Shown here piece after piece: positions 1 to 10,264 of a stretch of 64,000 nucleotides of DNA. How positions within the stretch are numbered: position 1 is the stretch's first letter; each line of letters starts with the position of its first letter. The DNA is from an uncultured Clostridia bacterium (lineage in GTDB: Bacteria > Bacillota > Clostridia > Christensenellales > CAG-314): positions 8,897 through 72,896 of the forward strand of contig CANRFV010000008.1 of assembly GCA_947629985.1 (NCBI GenBank). Reading direction: 5' to 3'. The notes under the pieces were generated by a model. The model saw only the letters and a list, made by a program, of their open reading frames with translations, made no database searches and was not told the DNA's origin. The translations under genes were made by a program, and so were the position numbers.

Positions 1-876
1 TATTTTCAAAAACTCGGCATAGACAGTGACTTGGTAAACTGTCTGGATTACCGCGATGTGCCGTCGTTGGAAGAAATACGCGACAACTTTGCCAACGTGG
101 CTGTTGCCAAAAATCCGCCGCCAATGCCGCCCATTGTAAAATGCCGCTCGATAAACGGAACTTTTCTCAAAAACAAAAAGTACGTAACCGTGCGCGGAAT
201 TTGCTCCGCAAACGCTTTGCACGCGCTGGCGCGCAGACACAACGCCACCGTTACGGAATTTTTGGGCGCAATACAGTTGCTTGCGCTGGACAGGCTGTGC
301 AAGGTTACCGATACCAAAACAAACAAGCCTTTGCGCGTGCTTGTGCCGGTAAATCTGCGCAAAATTTACGGCGTGGAAACCGTGCGCAATTTCAGCAGTT
401 ACATCTTTTACCAATACAACGGACAAACCGAACTTGACCAAGTTATTGCCGACATACATCGGCAAGCCCAAGAACAGTTGACCGACGATTACTTTCGCGG
501 AATGGTATCCTACAACTACAACAGCGGCAACAATCCGTTTCTTAAAATTGTGCCGCTTGGCATAAAACGTATGGTGGTAAGCGCAATAGTAAAGGGGCGC
601 GGCGACGGGATAGTAAACAACTCGTCGCTGTCCAACGCGGGGGTGGTACAGGCTCCGCCGCAATTTGCCGAACATGTGCTCAGGTACGAATTTATGCTGG
701 GCAAGCCCGCGCGGCGCACAAACAACTTTACCGTTATAACTTACGGCGACGTGTGCGTGATAAGCGTTACAAATATCTTTGCGGAGACCGATTGTGAACG
801 CTTGTTTTTCCGCACGCTGTCGGATATGGGGCTGGACCTTGCAATAGAAAGCGATATTTGGGAGAACGCCGAATGA
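1..876 (+). CDS. partial CDS (5' end outside window): condensation/alcohol-acetyltransferase-like protein, C-terminal part
   Basis: Frame 1 is open from base 1, and the track start at 31 is a TTG inside that open frame, so the gene probably begins upstream of the window. The stop TGA 874-876 overlaps the next ATG (ATGA). The product call rests only on remembered resemblance to clostridial acyltransferase-fold proteins that pair with zinc-ribbon membrane proteins. The catalytic HHxxxDG region is not visible here. Confidence 0.4.
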   Translation, partial: YFQKLGIDSDLVNCLDYRDVPSLEEIRDNFANVAVAKNPPPMPPIVKCRSINGTFLKNKKYVTVRGICSANALHALARRHNATVTEFLGAIQLLALDRLCKVTDTKTNKPLRVLVPVNLRKIYGVETVRNFSSYIFYQYNGQTELDQVIADIHRQAQEQLTDDYFRGMVSYNYNSGNNPFLKIVPLGIKRMVVSAIVKGRGDGIVNNSSLSNAGVVQAPPQFAEHVLRYEFMLGKPARRTNNFTVITYGDVCVISVTNIFAETDCERLFFRTLSDMGLDLAIESDIWENAE

Positions 877-1589
877 AATACTGTGCAAAATGTAAAGTAA
901 ACGTACACCGCCAACTGGACAATTGTCCGCTGTGCGGCAGTTATCTCGACCCGAAAGACAATAACGACAAGTGCGAAATTTACCGCGAAATGGACCAAGC
1001 CGTGGCGTACCCCGTACTGCACGAAAAGGGCAAAGCGAGTTTTTTCAAATCCAAGTTCGCATTGATATTGCTGGTGCTTACCGTAATTGCGGTTGTGCTT
1101 AACATACTTGTCGACCCCCAATCGCATTGGTCGGCATACGTGGCGATAGGTTTTGTGTTTACCGTGGGAGTAGTCGTCTTTCCCATAGCAAACAAAATAC
1201 CGCTGCTAAAACAAGTGCGATGGGATTCCGTTATTTGCACCGCCATTGCGATCGCGATGGAATTTGCCGTGTGCGACGGAAAATTTTATTGGCTTACGGT
1301 GGAATTTGTGATTCCCTGGCTGTACGTTGCGGGCATAATTACGGTGGATTGCCTGATAATATTTTACCACCGCAACAACAAATCGATGTTCGGCACGCTG
1401 ACGTTCGAATCGGCGTTTGCGCTGGTTCCGCAAATACTGCTGTGGATAGCCGAAAGGTGCGATTGGTACAGCAGTAAAACGCTGATAAACTTTGTGATAT
1501 TCTTTGCCGTGCTGGTAAACTTTGCCGTGGTTGCCGTTGTGTACAGCCGCCAACTGAAAGAAGATATGGAACGCAACTTGAACGTGTAG
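873..1589 (+). CDS. zinc-ribbon membrane protein (DUF6320-like)
   Basis: The N-terminus has CAKC-x10-CPLC, followed by several long hydrophobic segments (ALILLVLTVIAVVLNILV, VAIGFVFTVGVVVFPI, WLYVAGIITVDCLIIF, INFVIFFAVLVNFAVVAVVY). ATG 873 overlaps the upstream stop, with GGGAGAA just upstream. The track start at 858 was judged less likely. Confidence 0.6.
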   Translation: MKYCAKCKVNVHRQLDNCPLCGSYLDPKDNNDKCEIYREMDQAVAYPVLHEKGKASFFKSKFALILLVLTVIAVVLNILVDPQSHWSAYVAIGFVFTVGVVVFPIANKIPLLKQVRWDSVICTAIAIAMEFAVCDGKFYWLTVEFVIPWLYVAGIITVDCLIIFYHRNNKSMFGTLTFESAFALVPQILLWIAERCDWYSSKTLINFVIFFAVLVNFAVVAVVYSRQLKEDMERNLNV

Positions 1590-2040
1590 CGAATACGCTC
1601 GTACACGCTAATGCGGACAAAAGTAGGTATATCTTCTTGACCCACGGGAGAAGGTGCATTTTGACGCCAAAACGGCGATTTCGGGGCAAAAACGGCATTA
1701 AAACCGAGATTTTGCAAAATTCGATAATACTATGCGTGAAATAGTGTTATCCGTAACGCCAAAATTCGTCATAGTTAAATGTCGGGCGCGGACAAATCAG
1801 ACGTTGAGACAGAATATCGAGCATTTTTTTGCAAAAAATTGCGGCAAAAAATCGCAAAAAAAGGCGAATTTGCAGCCGATTACACCGCTTGCGCCGCAAC
1901 CGAAACGAACAAAAATCACATTCTGCACGCAAACAGACGCGCGTTTGAGCGACGCGGAATAGGCAGATATTGGATGCGCAAAAGCCCCCTACTGCCGCAA
2001 ACGACAGGCGCTCGACGTACAATATACAAAAGCCTTGGCT

Positions 2041-2385
2041 CTACGCATAGAAGCCAAGGCTGAGCAAAAGCGCTTCATTTATTTGTTGCATAATTTCGGG
2101 CGGAAGTTCGCCTATTTTGTCTTTTATTCTGCTTTTGTCTATCGTGCGAATTTGTTCCAACAGCACTACCGAATCCTTGGGCAAGGGAGTGCGTTCCTTT
2201 GTCAATTCGATGTGCGTGGGCAATTTTGCTTTTGTAAGTCGGGACGTAGTTGCCGCAGCAATCACGGTTGGACTGTACTTGTTACCTACGTCGTTTTGTA
2301 ACACTACTATCGGACGGATCCCGCCTTGCTCGCTGCCCACTACGGGATTGAGATCGGCATAATATATTTCTCCACGTTTTATCAT
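2041..2385 (-). CDS. mazF: MazF/PemK-family type II toxin endoribonuclease
   Basis: 114 aa. The block [35 protein letters not shown]...PTHIEL...[17 protein letters not shown] is the classic PemK/MazF signature. AGGAG lies ~8 nt upstream of the ATG. Confidence 0.85.
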   Translation of the reverse strand: MIKRGEIYYADLNPVVGSEQGGIRPIVVLQNDVGNKYSPTVIAAATTSRLTKAKLPTHIELTKERTPLPKDSVVLLEQIRTIDKSRIKDKIGELPPEIMQQINEALLLSLGFYA

Positions 2386-2590
2386 ATATCGCGCTCCTTG
2401 TGTGTATCAGGCGCGCAACTTCTACCCGCAAGCAGCACCAAATATCCGCTGTCTTACTCAATGTAGACTATGTACAAAATCGGTTTTGTGTGCGCCCTGT
2501 TCAACTCAATTGTGCGCACAATTTACGGCGTTTATACTCTACGCGACAATCTGCCGCGCAAAATATCGTAAAAATAAATACCAGCGCCGA

Positions 2591-2714
2591 ACGCAAAAAT
2601 ATCGGGCAAAAAAATCAAACAAAACTTTTTCAAACATTCCGCAATACATTAAAATATCAAAAACGTCATAGCGTTTGGGTTAATAATACATTTGGCAAAA
2701 AACATTTGTGAAAA
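2591..2714. repeat. left copy of a ~125-135 bp imperfect direct repeat bracketing the island
   Basis: 2591-2714 aligns with 24405-24540. The core 2631-2714 (caaacattccgcaatacattaaaatatcaaaaacgtcatagcGtttgggtTaataatacatttggcaaaaaacatttgtgaaaa) matches 24457-24540 with only 2 mismatches. The 5' part is more diverged and has an indel. Confidence 0.85.
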
Positions 2715-2790
2715 TGCAAGAAGTTTGAATCTGAAAAGCATAAAAAAATATTTTGCAATACTCCAAAATCATTGAAAATTAAAATGTGAT

Positions 2791-2828
2791 AATTATCCTT
2801 GGGGATTTTTTCGATCCCCAAGATAATT
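2791..2828 (-). terminator. near-perfect palindrome just downstream of the recombinase stop (terminator and/or recombinase half-sites)
   Basis: aattatcCttggggat (2791-2806), loop tttttcg, then atccccaagataatt (2814-2828). The arms are complementary apart from one extra C. On the minus strand it follows the recombinase stop (2842) and is followed by a T-rich stretch. Confidence 0.5.
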
Positions 2829-2841
2829 GCACGTTTTTTTG

Positions 2842-4670
<1,829 letters not shown>

Positions 4671-4831
4671 TTCTCCTTATTTTTATATTTGTGCAGTTAC
4701 AATGTTCTCTGGCTGAATGGATACAATGTTCTCTCTCCATATTCACAAAAATCCTCCTTTTTTAGATTTTGCAAATCGTGGGTAGAAACAGTTTGTTCAA
4801 CCGAAGTTCTATCCGTTTTGTCGGTGTAAAG

Positions 4832-5113
4832 TTATTTCTCGGACTTATCCGACTCAAACTCGAAAAAGTCATCATAACCGTCCATAATCTTTGCAAGGGA
4901 AGTGTCGTGTTCCGCCGCTTCGTCAAGCAAAGCCTTATAGCCGGCTTCAATTAGTTGTATTTTGGTGTACCCGTACTTTTTAAGAAAAGCGTTGATGTTC
5001 TCAGCCGTTTCTCTCGGCACACTCGTTCCCCACGAAAGGCTCTTCGCCTTTCTTTCCGCTTTGTGTTTCTCCTCGTAACGCTTATCCTTGACAGACCTCG
5101 GTTTCTTTTCCAT
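4832..5113 (-). CDS. small hypothetical protein (basic N-terminus, acidic C-terminus)
   Basis: The internal ATG at 5113 (MEKKPRSVKDKRYEEKHK...) has GGAGG ~7 nt upstream. The longer track ORF (to 5188) lacks a ribosome-binding site. Confidence 0.45.
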   Translation of the reverse strand: MEKKPRSVKDKRYEEKHKAERKAKSLSWGTSVPRETAENINAFLKKYGYTKIQLIEAGYKALLDEAAEHDTSLAKIMDGYDDFFEFESDKSEK

Positions 5114-5197
5114 GATTACCTCCGTAAAATATATATGTCGTATGAATACGATTATATCTTTTCCTTCGGTGTTTGTCAAGAGATTCAAGCGGGATTC

Positions 5198-5953
5198 TTA
5201 AAGGCCGTCGTAATAAAGTTCGTCGTAGAGATCGCCGTCTGTCCGATGGTAACGCTTACGTTGACTTTCCACAGTATTCTTGATGAGGGAGAAGCTCTCG
5301 CCACGCTTTGCTCCGTACTTCTCGGATACTTCCTTGAAAAATTCCTCTTGCAAAGCAGAGTATGATACTAACCCGCCGCGCACTTTCCAAAACTCTGAAT
5401 GTGAAAGCAAGGGTTCGTCTATCTCTTCCCGATGCCTATACATAGGCATATCGTACTCGTCGCGCATTTGAAGTCTGTTTCCCGCTTCGCTTTTGTCGTT
5501 GCTCATGATTTTTTCTTGCCATACTTCGGTGACGGGAAGATAATAGACAAAGAGGTTTCGCCTGTTCGGCTCGGTAACGATCACGGCGCAGATGATGTTC
5601 TCATGTGTGTGTAAGAAACCTATTTTGTCTATGGCATAAAGGTAGCAAACAGCAAAATAGGCTCGTATATCCTGTTCGGATGCGAAGCCGCTCCAAAACT
5701 CCCGATTCCCGCCGAATTGCAGGCACTCCAAGACAATGTTCTTGCCTCGGTTATTGAATGTTGCGTTTGTAGACTTCATTACTTCGTTCCACGCCTGTTC
5801 GGTCGTGGACATTCTCCTTATGTATTCTACCTTATACCGCTGTTCACAGTCTGAAAGGTATTCGTCTATGTTTGCAAATTCGCTTTTCTTGTGCGCAATA
5901 ACGGAAATGGTCGCGTGTTTGTCCCGCGGATACTTCTGTTCTGGCATTCCCAT
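5198..5953 (-). CDS. hypothetical protein, possibly a divergent Mob/Pre-like mobilisation protein
   Basis: 251 aa with good coding appearance in the mobility module of the island. It has only a loose resemblance to MobV/Pre relaxase N-termini, and the canonical HxDE..PHxH motif is not present (FLHTHENIICAVIV instead). Confidence 0.35.
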   Translation of the reverse strand: MGMPEQKYPRDKHATISVIAHKKSEFANIDEYLSDCEQRYKVEYIRRMSTTEQAWNEVMKSTNATFNNRGKNIVLECLQFGGNREFWSGFASEQDIRAYFAVCYLYAIDKIGFLHTHENIICAVIVTEPNRRNLFVYYLPVTEVWQEKIMSNDKSEAGNRLQMRDEYDMPMYRHREEIDEPLLSHSEFWKVRGGLVSYSALQEEFFKEVSEKYGAKRGESFSLIKNTVESQRKRYHRTDGDLYDELYYDGL

Positions 5954-6107
5954 TTTGTTCTCGTAATATTTGTAAATCTTGTTTCACCTCCTTTTGAGGG
6001 CGGAAAAAACAGCCCTTTGTTCAAGGACTGCCTGTTCACGTTTCGATACTCCCTCTAATTGTAAGCCACGGGAACGCCGAAATTATTAGTCATTACAAGA
6101 AAATTTT

Positions 6108-7133
6108 TTATTTTAGCAACTTTTTGCCCGAATAGGCTTTGTAGAATTGCTCAATACGCTTGTTTCTTGACTTGGCAATGAACGGATAGAAGCGTTGGGT
6201 AAGAAAGTCGTAAGTAGATATTTTCAGACGGCTTGCGATCTTCTCCGCCGTGGAGTAGATGCTCGTATAGGCTTTGTCTGAATCGTGAAGTCCCGATTGC
6301 TGCCGACGGTTCATCTCCGTCATAAGGCGCACATAGACGGCTTGCACAATGGGCGGTCTTTCGCCATAATACTCCTCGAAATGTAGGCGTTCTTCTTCGT
6401 CTGCGGCTTCTTTGTATTTCGCTATATCTTCGTCTATTTTGTCCTCGTCAAAGAGATAGTACCTCATAAGGTAGCGGCAGAACTCTCCGACGCTGTAATA
6501 CCAATGAGTGAACGGCAACAAATCCAACAAAAGCCAACGAATGATAAATTCGAGTTCGACATCTAAATAATTAGGCATTGTGCCTGTGTCAAGGAAAATA
6601 TCCCAACATTTGCGGACATACGCTTCGGGACTTGCTTTCCTCAATTCGGCTTTCGTGATTTTCTCTTTCGCCTTTTTGAGCGTCATGGAGATGTAGCCCT
6701 GCGTAAGTCCGAGTTCTTCCGCCGCTTCCGCCTGCGTCTTGTCCTCAATCACGCAGAGATTGTAAACCTCGAACTCTCTATCCGTCAGATCATCTGTGTT
6801 CCGTAATGCTTTCGGCGGCTTTCTCTCCGCCTCGGCAAAGCTGAAATTCTTGTCTATGAACTGCTCCTGTTCTTTGGGTGAGAGCAAGGCTTCTGTATCT
6901 CTGTCGGGAAGGACGGTATTATGCCGTTGGTATGTATGGGTGTTGTTGTATTCCAACCGATCCATCTCGATGAGTGTTTCCCATTCCTGTTCGCTGACTT
7001 CAACCGTGATGTAATACTTGTTGCCGACGTGCGAATTTGCGATCTCCTCGTCTGCGGGGTAATAGTACAGAAACTTGCCGTCCGTAGGTGCGGGCTGTTT
7101 CTTCTTGTTCAGATGATATGCCAACTTATCCAT
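6108..7133 (-). CDS. sigma-70 region-4-type helix-turn-helix protein (transposon accessory regulator)
   Basis: 341 aa. LTDREFEVYNLCVIEDKTQAEAAEELGLTQGYISMTLKKAKEKI is a sigma-70 r4/LuxR-type HTH. The remainder is uncharacterised. Confidence 0.6.
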   Translation of the reverse strand: MDKLAYHLNKKKQPAPTDGKFLYYYPADEEIANSHVGNKYYITVEVSEQEWETLIEMDRLEYNNTHTYQRHNTVLPDRDTEALLSPKEQEQFIDKNFSFAEAERKPPKALRNTDDLTDREFEVYNLCVIEDKTQAEAAEELGLTQGYISMTLKKAKEKITKAELRKASPEAYVRKCWDIFLDTGTMPNYLDVELEFIIRWLLLDLLPFTHWYYSVGEFCRYLMRYYLFDEDKIDEDIAKYKEAADEEERLHFEEYYGERPPIVQAVYVRLMTEMNRRQQSGLHDSDKAYTSIYSTAEKIASRLKISTYDFLTQRFYPFIAKSRNKRIEQFYKAYSGKKLLK

Positions 7134-7452
7134 ACGACAATTATATCACACCAAACATGACAATACCTGTCACCATTAGAAAATTTTCCGAAAAAATTTT
7201 AGTGGGCATACACCATACCAAATGTGCCACAAAAGTGGGCAAAAAACGGATGCCTAAGCAGGATAAGGAAGTTGGTCACCAGTGCCACAACTTCGCCCCT
7301 CAACAAGCGGGAAACCCGCCTTGGGTGTTCTTCTTCCAAACGACAGAAAAGACGCAAATCTATAAATTTTTTCTCTAAAAATCGCCACGAGATTTCGCAA
7401 AAAAGTGCAAATACAATCGTATGCGCACATCGTTGGTTTTACTAAAATTTGT

Positions 7453-8586
7453 TTATCGCTCTAAAACTTTTTGCAAGGCATCTGCTATCACTATCACATC
7501 TTCGTCGCTATTATATTTCCCGATAGAAATTCGTATTGTCCCTTTTGCGACGGATTCTTCAACGCCAATCGCTTGTAAGACATGGGAAATCTGTGTGTTG
7601 ACACTATCACAGGCCGCTCCCGTAGATATAGCGATTCCCATAAGATCCAACCGATGAAGAACAGCTTCCCCATCAGCGCCGGGAAAAGAAAGGCTGATGA
7701 TCCCCGTGGCAACTTCCCCGCCGCCGTTTCTTATAAATCTACAATTCCTCTGATGCAGAGAGGCAAGAAGGAGATTTTCAATTCTTGAAATTTTCCTTGT
7801 GTATTCATCAAGCATTTCACAGTTTTTCTTCAAAGCAACTGCCATGCCGACAATGGAGGCGACATTTTCCGTACCGGCGCGAAATCCATATTCTTGCGCT
7901 CCCCCGTCGTTCAGCGAATGGATTTGGTTCCCTTTACGAATATAGAGAAACCCTACCCCCTTGGGCCCATTGAACTTATGCGCGGAGGCAGAAAGCATAT
8001 CAACCCCCAGTTCTTCTACGTCAACCTTAATATGCCCGACGGCTTGCACGGCATCGGTATGAAAAAGTGCTCCATGCCGATGTGCGACATTCGCCAATTC
8101 ACAAATCGGTTCAATCGTGCCGATTTCATTGTTTACCATCATGACCGACACAAGGCCCGTAGGTTCAGTCATGGCAGCTTCCAATGCGCCCGCCGAAACA
8201 ATGCCGTTATGATCTGAACGGATGTAGGTTACATGATAGCCCTGCCTTTCGATGGTAGAGCAGGCATTCAAAATCGCATGATGCTCAATGTTTGAAGTAA
8301 TGATCTGCCTTTTGGACGAATCGGCATAAGCAGTCCCTTTGATTGCCCAATTATCCGATTCTGTTCCGCCTGACGTGAAAAATATTTCTTCCGGAGAAGC
8401 CCCAATACACGATGCCACAATTTCCCTTGCCTCTGCGAGTGCTTTCCGAGACCTTCGGGCAAACGAATATGGCTGAGAAGCATTTCCATACTCATCCAGC
8501 AGAAATGGCTTCATGGCTTCAAAGGCACACCCATCTAATTTGGTTGTCGCCGCATTATCGGCATAAATATAGTGTTTCATAGTCAC
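7453..8586 (-). CDS. cysteine desulfurase (NifS/IscS/DndA-like class V aminotransferase)
   Basis: 377 aa. Motifs seen: YADNAATTKL N-terminus, the PLP-lysine motif SASAHKFNGPKGVGFLY, and the active-site Cys in ISTGAACDS. Its ATG (8586) directly abuts the stop of the upstream 69-aa gene (8587). Confidence 0.9.
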   Translation of the reverse strand: MTMKHYIYADNAATTKLDGCAFEAMKPFLLDEYGNASQPYSFARRSRKALAEAREIVASCIGASPEEIFFTSGGTESDNWAIKGTAYADSSKRQIITSNIEHHAILNACSTIERQGYHVTYIRSDHNGIVSAGALEAAMTEPTGLVSVMMVNNEIGTIEPICELANVAHRHGALFHTDAVQAVGHIKVDVEELGVDMLSASAHKFNGPKGVGFLYIRKGNQIHSLNDGGAQEYGFRAGTENVASIVGMAVALKKNCEMLDEYTRKISRIENLLLASLHQRNCRFIRNGGGEVATGIISLSFPGADGEAVLHRLDLMGIAISTGAACDSVNTQISHVLQAIGVEESVAKGTIRISIGKYNSDEDVIVIADALQKVLER

Positions 8587-8796
8587 TTATTTGAACAAAG
8601 TACACCCATCCTCTTTGAATTGCTCTATTTTTTCAAGCAATTCTTCCGTAGATGTATTCAAATACTCTGCCAAACACTCCATGCAATAAAAGTGTTCAAT
8701 CTCTTTCCCTAGCAATTTCTTATTAAGTGCTATCGTGTCCTTGTCCAAATCTTCCTTAAAACACGAAACACAATTCACTTTTACGTTAGTCATCAT
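8587..8796 (-). CDS. 69-aa four-cysteine (CxxC...CxxC) mini-protein
   Basis: MMTNVKVNCVSCFKED...HFYCMECLAEY...EDGCTLFK contains two CxxC pairs plus a fifth Cys. It overlaps the brxL stop by 11 nt and abuts the desulfurase ATG, consistent with translational coupling. Confidence 0.55.
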   Translation of the reverse strand: MMTNVKVNCVSCFKEDLDKDTIALNKKLLGKEIEHFYCMECLAEYLNTSTEELLEKIEQFKEDGCTLFK

Positions 8797-10258
8797 AAGC
8801 TATTATTTTGAAGTCGGGGACATCTTTCCCTTTGTACTCTTTGTCAATTAGAGCCTGTTGCATCCTCACGATAGAGCGCATTTTTACTGCCGGACTCAAA
8901 CAATATGTTTTGAAATCTTTTATTGTTATATCCGTTACCTTTCTCACGTTGGGGAACAACAACTTCAAGTATGCCGTAGCGATACGTTTAATTGCTTCTG
9001 TATCTCTTGTATCAGCCCTGTCAGGCACTTCAAGTAATCTGTCCACAATAGTACGATATGAAGCATCATCCCTCAAAGCATGAAGAATGGAACAAAAATA
9101 TTCTGAATTTAATGCCCAACCTGTCAATTTAAGGTTGTCGTTCATTCTTGGTATATCCCACCCTTTGATAAAGCCATGAATTCGATCCAACAAAGCGGTC
9201 TCTTGGAACAAAGGCGGAAGCTCATTTAGCATATAACTATATTCATCCATGTTGTCTTGGGCAATATTCCCCAAGAAAACTATTCCCGCATCTGCTTCGC
9301 CTTCGAATCCGTTGCAATTGAAAGTCCCGTATTCCATGTAACCCTGTAAAATCGAACGCATTTCGTTGTCATCGTTGAATTTTACGAGTTTAATTTCATC
9401 TATTGCTACAAAATCGTTTCCCTGAATGAAACCATACCTTCTTGATGCGTTGTCATAAAACATTTTCGAACGAGTTACCTTTCCCCCGTCAACTAATGTT
9501 CCGTATTTACTAACGTGTCCAAATAAATATGATTTTCCTGTTCCTTTGGGTGCCAACTCTATTATATTTAACCTCTTCTCTATAAACGGCAAGAGCCTTG
9601 TTAGCACAGCAAGTTTTTGATGCTCATCGTCATAGCCATCAGCATTATAATCGACAGCACCAAGAATAATATCTATCCATTCATGAACGTTAAATTCATT
9701 GCGAATATCTTTGTAAAATTCAAGGTCAACCGTATATGGACAGAAGTTCTTAAATGAGCATAGTTTTATTTTACCCTTTTCCTTATGCTTTGCTTTGTCA
9801 CCTTCAAACTTTATGTCAAAATCGTCAGGATATTTATATCCCAACTCGACTATTCCCCAAACGTCTCTCGCACTAATCAGTTCGTCCTTGCACTCCAACC
9901 AAACGTGAGGTTCAATAATTGTCTCGCGATTAGTCAATCCAAAGTCGGGCAAAGAGAAGGAAATCGACTGATCCGCAACGCTAATATCGACGGTTATCCT
10001 CGTCAAAAATTTGACCCTTTCTCCGCCGATAACAATTCTGTCCTTTATTGCTATCCAATCTTCCTTTTTGGGGATTCGCGTTGAAATGAAGTCACTCATT
10101 CCGTCATAATCAATATTTCCTTCGTCATCCTGAAAAATCTTGATTAAATAGTCCCTCAAAAATGACGGTAGGTTAATGCTTGAAAAGAAGCTGGTGTTCT
10201 TTATATCTTTATAAACGACCATATCGTCAAAATACTCTCTTAACTTATCCGTAGCCAT
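8786..10258 (-). CDS. brxL: BrxL-like AAA+ ATPase lacking the C-terminal Lon-protease domain
   Basis: 490 aa. Several blocks match remembered type 1 BrxL sequence: LREYFDDMVVYKDI, Walker A ELAPKGTGKSY, Walker B FVAIDEI, IVFLGNI and LDRIHGFIKGWDIPRM. The protein ends about 90 aa after this last block, with no Lon-like domain. Confidence 0.8.
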   Translation of the reverse strand: MATDKLREYFDDMVVYKDIKNTSFFSSINLPSFLRDYLIKIFQDDEGNIDYDGMSDFISTRIPKKEDWIAIKDRIVIGGERVKFLTRITVDISVADQSISFSLPDFGLTNRETIIEPHVWLECKDELISARDVWGIVELGYKYPDDFDIKFEGDKAKHKEKGKIKLCSFKNFCPYTVDLEFYKDIRNEFNVHEWIDIILGAVDYNADGYDDEHQKLAVLTRLLPFIEKRLNIIELAPKGTGKSYLFGHVSKYGTLVDGGKVTRSKMFYDNASRRYGFIQGNDFVAIDEIKLVKFNDDNEMRSILQGYMEYGTFNCNGFEGEADAGIVFLGNIAQDNMDEYSYMLNELPPLFQETALLDRIHGFIKGWDIPRMNDNLKLTGWALNSEYFCSILHALRDDASYRTIVDRLLEVPDRADTRDTEAIKRIATAYLKLLFPNVRKVTDITIKDFKTYCLSPAVKMRSIVRMQQALIDKEYKGKDVPDFKIIAYDD

Positions 10259-10264
10259 AATTTT

